In this document: positions 1-11,735 of the stretch, piece by piece
Layout: every line of letters starts with the position of its first letter
Position numbering within the stretch: position 1 is the first letter of the stretch
NCBI RefSeq assembly: GCF_009914755.1
Contig: NC_060926.1
Length of the DNA stretch: 64,000 nt
Source of the DNA: the human T2T-CHM13v2.0 reference genome, Homo sapiens
Direction: 5' to 3' (one strand)
Program-made: the position numbers and the translations under genes
Notes under the pieces: model-generated
Databases searched by the model: none
Told to the model about the DNA's origin: nothing
The model's input: the letters and a program-made list of their open reading frames with translations, nothing else

Positions 1-1156
1 AATTCAAATATGGGCAAAAGACGTGAAGAGACATTTATCCAAAGAAAATATGCCAACGGCCAATAGGTACATGAAAAGATGTTCAACATCACTAATTATT
101 AGGCAAATACAAATCACAACCACAATAAGATACCATTCACACTCACTAGGATGACTATTATTTCAAAATTGGAAAATAAAAAATATTGGTGCGGATGTGA
201 AGAAATTGGAACCCTCATACGTGGTGGGCAGGAACATAAAATGGTGCAGTGTTGTGGAAAACACTTTGGTGGTTTCTAAAAACTTAAACACAGGGCTGGG
301 CGTGGTGGCTCACGCCTGTAATCCCAGCACTTTGGGAGGCCGAGACGGGTGGATCACCTGTGGTCAGGAGTTCGAGACCAGCCTGGTCAACATGGCAAAA
401 CCCCATCTCTACTAAAAATACAAAAATTAACCGGGCGTGGTGGCGGGTGTCTGTAGTCCCAGCTACTCGGGAGGCTGAAGCACGAGAGTCACTTGAACCC
501 CGGGGGACAGAGGCTGCAGGAAGCCGAGATTGTACCACTGTACTCCAGGCTGGGCAACAGAGTGGGATGAAAAAAAAATAATAATAAATTAAGCACAAAA
601 TTATCATAGGATTCAACAATTCTGCTCCAAGGTATATACCCAAAAGATGTGAAAGCAGGGACTCAGAGACGTGTGTACACATATGTTCACAGCAGCATTA
701 GTCACAATGGCCAAAAAGTTAAGACGGCCCAAAGGTCCACCAAGAGATGGAATAAATAAGATGTGATGTATGCACACAATGGACTGCTCATCCTTAAAAG
801 TTTTAGGAACCAAATTCTGACCATGCCACAATACGAGTGAACCCTGACACATTATGCCAAGTGAAAGAAGCCACGCACAAAAGGACAAATACAAGTCCAT
901 TCACAGAAGGGCCCTAGAGGAGTCAGATTCGCTGAGAAAGCAGAATGGTGAATGGTGGGTGCCGCAGCCAGAGGGAGGGAAACAGGATTGTTTACTAGGT
1001 ATGGAGTTTCTGTTCGGGAAGATGAAAACGTTCTGGGAATGGATGGTGGTGATGGTTGCCCAACAATGGGAAAATATTTACTGCCACTGAACTGTGCGCT
1101 TCAAAATGCTTAGAATTATAAATTTATGTTATGTATATTTTACCACAATAAAAAAG
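1..1156 (+). mobile_element. Old L1 (L1MB-like) ORF2 end/3'UTR, interrupted by an Alu
   Basis: L1 3' motifs (atgaaaagatgttcaacatcacta, cacagcagcatta..cacaatggccaaaaag, ttaccacaataaaaaa terminus). Confidence 0.8.
294..588 (+). mobile_element. AluS element
   Basis: ggctgggcgtggtggctcacgcctgtaatcccagcac start, dimeric body, A-rich tail. Confidence 0.95.
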
Positions 1157-3984
1157 CATGATGAACAAAGAAATTAATATACATGTTGGTAGACAGAAAC
1201 AACACCCAAGTGTTATTTCAAGAATTAAAAAGAAATATGTTATTTATTAAAAGAATCAGGGATTGCTTTATTAACTGATATGAAATAATCTTCAAGACAG
1301 AATAAATGGCAAAGCAAGGAGTTGGAAGAAAACAACAGATGGCAGTATGTTTTAAACTCTCTATGATTTGCTAGATACTTCTGGGGCCATGGGCATCCCA
1401 GCGAGCCAGCAGCTGGCTGCTTCTCTGGTCCGAGACCCCCACATCCACCGCACCTGAGGCCTCTCTGAATGCTGATGGGAGCCTGTGGGGCAGTTCACAT
1501 GCCACCCCCAAGCACACAGAGGTCACCCCTGTCATACTGCTAAAGAGAAGTGCACAACAGGCCCAGGGGTACGACCTTCCCAGGCCATGAGTGCAGGCAT
1601 GAGAGGCACAGTCTGAACGAGACCACATCACTCACTGGCGGTGCACCTGTTTCTGGAAAAAAACCCTGACTAGGATGATTCACCAACTGCCTTCGCTGAA
1701 CAAATGTTTCAGAATCTGAGAAGCAGAGCCCCAAGGAAGCCACAAGAGCCTGGGGTCAGAAGGCGGCAGCCTCGCCTGGCTCTGCTGGCAGCTGGGTTTC
1801 CTGGGGCACCTGGCTTTGCCCTGGGAGCCTAGCCGTACCCACCTGGGAGGGAGGGTGTGCCTTTCCCACGGGGTGGCCCAGGGCTCGGCTGAGCCAATGG
1901 CATGAATAAGGCAAGCCGGGGCCCGATGAACGTTCCTCCCCTTCCCCAGGGGTTGGGAGGCACCCCCATGCAGCTCAGAAACTGGGGCCCAGGTCCCCTG
2001 CCCTCAGAACCTGCTCTGCAGAGCCCAGGTGTCCAGCGAGTGAAACTCAGCTGTTCTGCCCCTCAGCTACAATACGGAAGTCTTTTCTCAATTTTACACA
2101 CAAAGTTAATTATCGTAGACAGCCTGGACTTTTTTTCATTCATGAAACTCCCTTAAATTTGGTTCATACCACAGTTTATGTGCATAGGCAGAAAACAAGT
2201 CGAAACTGCAATCTTGAAATCAGACGCTAGCCCCCAGCCAGCCAGCCCAGACTTGGCCCGGGACTGCCCTTCTGCCTACAGGGCTTTCCCAGAGAGACTG
2301 CCTGGCTCACAGGATGGGACTCAGAACCAGGGCCTGACAGCCTCCCCAAAGCGTGCCTGTGCCCTGCAGGCCCTCGGAAACCCACAGCAAGCCTAGAGAC
2401 ACCCTGGCCAAATTCATGGGCATGGCCAAGCCCTGCCTGGTTCCTGGCCCACACTGCTCCCTGCAAGCTAACATCCAGCAGAGGCCCCTGGACAGTCTCT
2501 GGACAGTCTTCCTTCCCATGCTCTCCCCGCATACACACCATCCAGGGGCCTGGGGTGGCTGCCATTTCTTCTGAATGTCTGTACAGGCCCATGCCTGGCC
2601 CTGTCCACAAGGCCCCTCACTGCACATCCCTCCACATCTGCCAGTGACTGGTCCCCGCCCTGAGCAATGTAAGCTGGATGACACGCTGAAAGCCACACAT
2701 TCCCACCATCCACCTATAGCAGGGGCTCAATCAATACTTGCCAAATGCCTGAATCAGCCCTGAAATGACTGGAGGCCCAAGTTCTTTCTTCTAGCCACCC
2801 TGGAGGAGCCCTGGCGCTGGCCCAAGTGTGCTCCCCGGTAACCCAGGACTGTGGGGAACCCAGCTCCCAGGCTTCTGGCCTCTTCACGGGTACCCCAGAT
2901 GAAAAATGTTCTACAAAAACAAGGGCAGGATGAATGTAGTCCGGGACCTCCTGACGATCTCAAACGCTGCTGAAAAGGCCTTAAGATGAGGTTTGCTGTG
3001 AGCAACAGGAAGCATTCTGTAAGGCATTCTGTCCTTGAGATCTGGACAGTGAGGTACTTGCTGTCCAGCCCCTGAGTTTCCCAGACCTGAATGTAACACT
3101 GTGCAAGCCTCACACACAGGGATCTTTCTTAACCCCTACAGAATGCCCACTGGAAGGAGGCAAATACTCCCAACGAGGAAAACATCCTATCCATGAGAGT
3201 GGGGAGCTGGTGGGGGAGGAAAAAGAAACACCAAACATTTCAGGAAATAAATCACATCTGTGCCCGGCATCCTCCCCCAGCGAGCACAGCACACATCCGA
3301 ACTGCCAGGCTCGGCACCTCTGAGAAAAGGACTTTGTCGGGTGCAGCCATACGCCTGACCTCTCGGGCGCCCGCTGGCCCTCTTTATCTCCAGCAGCCCA
3401 GCCCGGAGCTCAGAGGGCAGGCCAGCCCTGGCCAAGAGTCAGGAGCGGTGGAGCTGGGCTTGGTGTTTATGTCTGATCCAGACAACTGGGGGTTTATGAC
3501 GATTTACTGACGCAAGAGCTCCCCGAAGCAGCATGCCAGAAATTAATCAAGGGAGGAGGAATTCTTTTTAAGAAACCACTTGGCTGCTGCGAACCTGCCT
3601 GAAAGGCTGGGAGTGTAAGCTGAGCTCCTTCCTCCAGGCCCAGGCCACCAGGCAGCAGCAGCACACCCAGGACCCACAGGCAGAGCCCAGGGCCAACTCC
3701 TGGCCCCAGATGGAGGCAGGCGGCATGGAAGGTCCTGCAATGCCAACCCCCCACATCCCCCCCAGTGCAGCTACCTCCCCACCAGCCGATCCTGGGCTAG
3801 CCCACTCCCAGAAGGACTCAGAAGGGGTCCACGGGGACCCCACCAGCTGTGCAGACCCCAAAGGCGGGTCCTCCTATTGGAATGACAGGAACCCTCCATT
3901 ATCTGCTAGTAAAATTCCTTTCTCAGGAGTTGAGTTTTATGGTTTACCATCACTCATCACCAAAAGAGAAAAAAAGGTAAAACA

Positions 3985-4720
3985 TACAAGTTTGATTCTG
4001 CCCCGTCATCTCAGTGAGACAGGCACAGCCTCTGCAGCAGCAGCTTGGGCTGGGAGGGCAGGGGCCACGTCGGGCCAGCAGCTCCTCTCCAGCTTTCTGC
4101 ACACCCCTCCTCCCACCGGGACACCCCTCCTCCTTGCTCCCCCATTCCTGCTCCGGCTGGGGGAGGGAAGCTGGCATCACACAGACACCCGTGCTCCATT
4201 TGTTTTGTGATCTGATGTCCAAGTTATTCTGAAATTTCAAACACTGAAGGACACAGGTTATTTATATTTATCAAAAAGGGCATGAGTCTGACAAGGCTGA
4301 CTAAACTAAACCTTGCCAGACACTCAGGGCCTGGGCTGGGCTACAAAGGGTTCTGGATCCCAACAGGAGGACAGCAGCTGACATCCCTGGGCAGGAACAG
4401 GCGCTGGGCTCCGTGCCTGCCTCACTGGATCTTCACGACAACCCTATAAGGTGAAGTCTCTTAGGAGCCCCATGTCTCAGAGAAGGGAGCAGAAGCCTAG
4501 TGGGAGGCGGCCACGGGTGTCTGTGTGATGCCAGCTTCCCTCCCCCAGCCGGAGCAGGAATGGGGGAGCAAGGAGGAGGGGTGTCCTGGTGGGAGGAGGG
4601 GTGTGCAGAAAGCTGGAGAGGAGCTGCTGGCCCGACGTGGCCCCTGCCCTCCCAGCCCAAGCTGCTGCTGCAGAGGCTGTGCCTGTCTCACTGAGATGAC
4701 GGGGCAGAATCAAACTTGTA
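3985..4720. repeat. Long inverted repeat: arms 3985-4193 and 4512-4720 (209 bp, 208/209 identical), 318-bp spacer
   Basis: tacaagtttgattctg...acagacacccgtg is the reverse complement of cacgggtgtctgt...cagaatcaaacttgta. The only mismatch is G4118 vs T4587. The ORF track shows the same peptides on opposite strands. Confidence 0.97.
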
Positions 4721-7700
4721 GGGGCCTGGATCAGCGGCCACAGAGCCGATGGCCGGAGGCCGTATGCAGGCCAGGTACAGCTGCCTGGAGAGCCATGGGA
4801 GAGCCACAGGAGAGCCAGAGGGACACTGGGAGTGGTGCCAAGTGGCCCAACTGCCAGCTTTCCATAGGAGCATCGGGAAGGGGAGGTCCAACCAGGCCCC
4901 AGGGGGACCCTGTGCCAAAGGAAGAGATGCCTCACAGGAGACCCCGCGAGGGAGTGGCAGCTGCTAACCCTGCCTGGTTCCAAAGGCCTGAGCGAGGGCC
5001 ACTGGGGCCTGCAGCCAGCAACCTGGCAATCAGGACTGCAAGAGGGCGACAGGAAGGAGTGTGGCTCACCAAGGACACCTGAACTCTGGCCCCACCGAAC
5101 ACTGGCCTGGACTTCCGCTCCAAGAAGCTCTTCTCCACCAACACTGAACAGGCTGCCAGTGACCACGCACAGTGGTTGAAGGCAGCCACGTGGCAGAAGT
5201 GGCACAGGTCAGCCAACCTTCACACTCTGTTTTCTTATCTCAGAGGAGGATGCTGATTCTGACAAACAAAATGGCTGCTTCCCCATAATGCTAACATCCC
5301 CTGGTCATGAGGCCTGGCCTTCTACAGGGAGAAAAATCGCTGGCTTCCTTACTAGACTATCTGTAATTCAATGTGTCAATACAAGTATATTTATCTTTAA
5401 ATGTTTTAAGTGAGCAATTATACTGAATAAAATATACTTTTAAACGTAGTATACTAAACGTGGTATTTGTAACCCAACCACTTTGGTTTAATGTGGCAAA
5501 AGAGATCTCACCCTCAGCCTTCTCCATCCCAAAAAGGCCACTGAAGAGGACAGGCTGTGCTGCCACCCCAGCCCCACATGCCACGCTGCTGACACAGACC
5601 TGCTGCCCTGTGCGTGCGCATTCCCAACCTGCCTGACCTTGGCTGCCCGAAATTCGGAGTGGGGAGGAAGGCAGATATGCCTGAATACAGCCCAGAGGAC
5701 ATACTGAGAGAGCGGCCAAGTGAAGCTCTCAGCCTGCCCAGGAGGAAGCGGGGCTGATGGGCCATCGGAGCAAAGCGCGGCCAGCACTGTCGTGACATTG
5801 ATGGCACGAAACTCAACGTCCTGCACATGATTCCTAAAGCTAAATCTGGAATGAATTCTTCCTTCATATTCGAGGGGAAAACGGTAAAAGCCACGAGAAG
5901 GAGGCAGGATGGGGGAGGGAAGACAAGCAGGAAGGGGTGGGGTGGCCCTGCCCACTGCATTTCTGGTCAGGGAGATTTTAGAGCATTTATAAGGTGCGAC
6001 ATAAATCACCTCATAAAATATCTGAATAAAAGTGCTATAAGAGCTGCTCAAGGCTGCAGATATATTTCAGTCCACTTTAAAATATGCCCAACAGTTATTT
6101 TACTGCAACATAAAGATGAATGCAAGCCTGGAAAGCAAGCTGGGACTCGTGAACTAAGCCGCCCAGATAGTGAGTTCTACGGGGGAAGCCTTCAGGAAGC
6201 ACACACGGGCCAGGTGAGCGAACTGCAATGACACGTCGCCAGGGCTGCACTGGACCCACCGTGCGGGGACTGCCAGGTAAACCTCAGCTTCCACTCTGGG
6301 CTACAGCGGGCCATACTAACCCTCCAGCCAGGAACACAGAGGACAGGATGCAATCTAAAACACGGCGATGCACGAGGAGCCCAGGCCTGGGAGAGAAGGG
6401 AGGTGGAAAGAGGGCACACTCGGCCCGCGTGTCCTCCAGAGGCTGAGGAGCGGAGCAGCACCGGACGGCTCGGACCCTGGGAAACGAACGCCAGACTGAG
6501 CGTGGGGGTGAGGAGAGCCCCGTGCCAGGAGTGAGGGCAACACGGACCTGACCAGTCCTCACAGAATCCGCAGCTTGAGCGTAAGAAGGGATACAAGAGG
6601 GAAAGGTGGACATTTCACAGTAACAAAAAGGCAGTTATTCCAATTTTATGGAATAATTTTATGCATAAAATTCTAAATCTGCCTAGGCTTAAAATAGCTT
6701 CAAAATAAACAAAGGCTAAACCTGACAGAGCTAAAAAGAGAAACAATGCCAATCCACAGTTACATCAGGGGGATTTTAATATTCCATTCCCACTATCTGA
6801 CAGAAAAGCAGACAATAAAATAGTAAAGATAACAGGAGATCTGAGCACAATGATTAATTTGATTAAATGGACATGTAGAACTGGCAAATCTCCACGGCTG
6901 ACTTCTTCTCTTCAAGTATACATAAAATGTTGACAAAACTGACCATATAATCAATAAAGCAAAATTCAAAGAATTTCTAAAAACTGAAATTACATAAAAT
7001 GAGTGACCACAGTGAAATTAAACTAGAAATCAATAACAAAATGAAAGCAAAATACTAGCAAATTCATAAAGCACTGAAATTTAGAAATATATTTCTAATT
7101 AACACAAGTCAAAAAAAGAAACTAGATAATATTCTAAACCAAATTATAATTAAAATGACATTAAAAAGCTCACATAATCTAGCGAAAGCCATACATAGGT
7201 GGAAATTTATAGTTTTAAGCACGTGGATTACAGAAGAAAGTCTGAAAAAAAAAAATCAGTGATCTAAATATTTACCTTAATCAGTAAAAACAACAACCCC
7301 AGCAAATTAAATCCCAAAAACAAAAATAATAGCAATAAGAACAGAAATTTATTTTTTTAAATTCAATTTTAAAAAATCAAGAAAACCAAACACAGTTCTT
7401 AAAAAATATTAATATAATAAATAAGCTCCTAGCAAAGTCCAATGAAGGAAAAATGAGAGAATAAACAATATCAGGAATTTAAAAGAGGATGACACTACAA
7501 ATCCTACAGTCATTACAAAGATAATGAGAAGGTATTTAAACAACTTTATTTCAATACATTTGAAGATGCAGATGGAATGTAAAAAATTCCAAGAAAAACT
7601 AAACACACAAAAACTGACACAAGAAAATCTTAAAAATCTAAACAGTCCTATATCAGTTGAGGGTGTAATTTACAAATCTTCCCACAAAGAAAACTCCAAG

Positions 7701-7778
7701 ATAAGTTCATAAGCAAATCCATCCCAACTTAAGAAAGAAATAGCATCTTTCCTACATAAACTCTTCAAGAAAATCAAA

Positions 7779-7993
7779 CAGGTGTCAGCAAACTATGGCC
7801 CATGGGCCAAGTACAATCTGTGGCTTGATTTTATATAACCTGAAAAATAAGATGGGATTTTACATTAAGTGGTTGGTAAAAAAAAGAAGAAAGAAAAGAA
7901 AAAAGGGAAAAAAACGTGCAATAGAGACCATATGTGGTCCACAAAGCATGAAGTCTTTACTGACTCTCTACAGAAAAATTTTGGCAATCCTAG
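7779..7993 (+). mobile_element. MER58-family hAT-Charlie MITE
   Basis: caggtgtcagcaaactatggcccatgggccaa ... tgtggtccacaaagc ... tacagaaaaattttggcaatcct resembles the recalled MER58 ends. Confidence 0.75.
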
Positions 7994-8848
7994 GAATAGA
8001 AGAAGAAAGCAACTTCATATTTTAAGAGATTAGTATAACTTTAATATTAAAATGTGACAAAGCATTTCAAGAAAAAATAACACGTCAATCTCATATCTTT
8101 AGATGATAAAAATTAAACTGACTATAAGCAATGTAAATTCAACAGTATATAAAAAGAATAACACATTATAATAATTATTACAGAAGTGTAAGGTTGACTT
8201 AACATTCAAGTCAATCAGAAAATTCAACACAATAAAATAAAGAAAAAAAGCATAAGACTATTAACAGATGCAGAAAAAGTCTAATACATTAAGTTGAACC
8301 AAATGAAAATACCATTTTTTGTAGATGGAAAAAGATCAAATATCTGCAATTTCACATGACTCCATCTAATATTTTAACAGCTGCTTATCAGAAAAACTCA
8401 GCAAACTAAGAACAAAAGTAAACTGCATTCATCTCATGGACTACACAGAACTTATAGCAAATTTTATCTATAATGATGAAATACTAAAAATTTTTCTCTT
8501 GATATTAGAATAAGACATAGATGCCTACTACTACCAATGACTGATATAGATGCCTACTATTACCATTTGACTGAAGGTCCTAGGCAGTGCAGCAAAGCAA
8601 GAAAGACATAAAAGTTTTAAAAATTAGCAAAGAAGAAATGAAACATTCACCGTCCATAGACAATATGCATTAAAAACCCAAAAGAATATATAGATAATGA
8701 GTATAATAATAAACACTGTGCGAGGTATCTGGAGACACGACAAATATACAAAAATGAATTGTGCTTCTAAACATTACAAAAATAAAATTCCCCCAACAAA
8801 ACAGCATAACCTAGAAGTAAATCTAACAAAAGAAATAAAAGACCTCTA

Positions 8849-9257
<409 letters not shown>

Positions 9258-9355
9258 CTAATAAACTGATTTCATATGCAAATCAGTGGATCCCAATTGA
9301 GACCACAGCAGGTATTCTGTTGAAATTGAAAAGCTGATTTTAAAATTCATATGGA

Positions 9356-9731
<376 letters not shown>

Positions 9732-11269
9732 CTACATTATTAGATACTATGGTTAACTGCAAATCTATTAGTTAAGACAGTGTTGCACTGGTACACAGAT
9801 ATGCAAACAGACCAATGAACTAGAATAAAGTGCAAAAACAGATCCATTTATATAATTTATTTCACTTATGACAAAGTTGCATTGGATAGCAGAGAAGAAA
9901 GGATGACTCTTTTAAATAAATACTGTTAGGCCAACTGAATTTCCAAACGGAAAAGTAACTCTCAATCCCTACCTCACACATAAAAAAAAAAAAATTCCCA
10001 GTGGATCACAGATCTAAATGAGTGATAGAACAATGAAGTTTATCAAAAATAATATAGAATATCTTCAAATAGGCATAGATAAAACTATTAAATTGGACTA
10101 TTAAAATTAAGAGCATCTGTTCAGCAAAAAAAAAAAAAAAAAAAAAACACCATTAAGAAAGGGAAAACGCAGCACACACATAGAAAATAGCAACAAACAA
10201 CAAAAAGCTCATTCATAGCCAGTGTACAGAAATAGCTCCTACAACTCAGTAAGAAAAATAAAGACAAACCAATTTCTTAAATGAATAGAAACTTCTCCAC
10301 CAAAGATGACATCTAGTTGGTCAATAAACGTATGAAAAGGTATTCAACATTTTTAGTAATCTGGGAAATACAAATGAAACTACAATAGTTAAAATGAAAA
10401 AGAATTACAGTACCATGTATTGGCAAGGACAGAGCAACATTCTATAGGTCAGAGTGTAAATTGGTACAATCAATTTGAAGAACTGTTTGGCACACATACA
10501 CCTTATCAAAAGAATTGCATACTTATATGAACCAATTGAAATATACAAGAATGTTACAGTAGCATTATACATAATTCCAAACTGGAAACCACCAAAATGT
10601 CATCAGCAATTGAACCAATAAATAATTTGTGATATGTTCATACAATGAAATATTATATACCCATTAAATGAAGAAACTACTACTATAAGCCACAATATCA
10701 ATAAATCTAACATATTGTCAAGTGAAATAATCCAGACAATAAGAATAAGTATTACGTGATTTATATGACGTTCAAAACCAGGAGAAACTCATGTTAGAAG
10801 CTAGAGAAGTGGTATGTAGAGGGTGTGAGAGTGAGGGTACAGTAACTGAGAGAGGACATATACGGGGCTTCTGGGTGTTAGGATGTCCCATTTCACAATC
10901 TGGGTAGCAGTTACAGGCATCTTCCTTTTGGGAGAGTTCATCAAGCTAAGCAGTCATGATTCTTGCACTTTCCTGGATGCCTGTGATACTTCAGTTAAAA
11001 AGTTCACTTAGACATTGGCGGTCTTCAAGGCTACATGTTTATAATAACAACAATGGAAAGGCTGAAAACAAACTCCCTGTCCACCAACAATGACTTGTTA
11101 AGTTACTCTACCACATCCATGCACAACCATAAAAAAAAGAGTCCCCAAAGGAAAAACTGTAAAAGCTAGGTGCTAAAGTAACTACAGTATACAGCCATTC
11201 ATGAACAAACATTAAGCAAAAGAGAGTATCTATAAATGTACTTCATTTTGTGAACTCAAAATTCTTGAC

Positions 11270-11735
11270 ATATTTTATTAAAACTTGAGTAGACAGTAGA
11301 GAGAGCTGCCATATACCCTACCAATACCACCTGCACATTCCCCGCGATTATTAGCATCCTACCTTACTACGGTATGTTAGTCACAATTGGGAACCAATAC
11401 TGACATTACTGTCATTAACTAAAATTCTAGAGTTTAGGATTTCCTGAAGTTTCCCACTAATGTCTTTTACTGTATTCCAAGATCCATCCAGGATCCCATC
11501 CAGGAATTCCACATCACACTTAGGTGTCGCATGTCCTGAGATCCCTCCTGGTGGTGACAGTTTCTCAAAGGATGCTTGTTTCTGATGACCTTGGCATATC
11601 GAGTGGGCCTGGCAAGAGTAGACTGTAGGAAGGGTGTCTACTGGAATTTGTCTGATGTTTTTCCCATGGTTGGACTGGGGCTATGGGTTACTGAGAGGAA
11701 GACCACGGGGGAAAGTGCCATTCTCATCATATGAA
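11270..11735 (-). mobile_element. L1MC-like 3'UTR fragment
   Basis: Motifs ccaatactgacattact..taactaaa, atccaggatccc, gatgaccttg, ggaatttgtctgatgttttt, gaggaagaccac..gtgccattctcatcatat resemble the antisense L1MC 3' end. Confidence 0.65.

Noticed and set aside
3710-5205. Long ORFs (166-242 aa) with duplicated peptides on opposite strands
   Set aside because: The shared peptides are just the inverted repeat read both ways; low-complexity GC-rich frames with no recognisable domain or exon structure.
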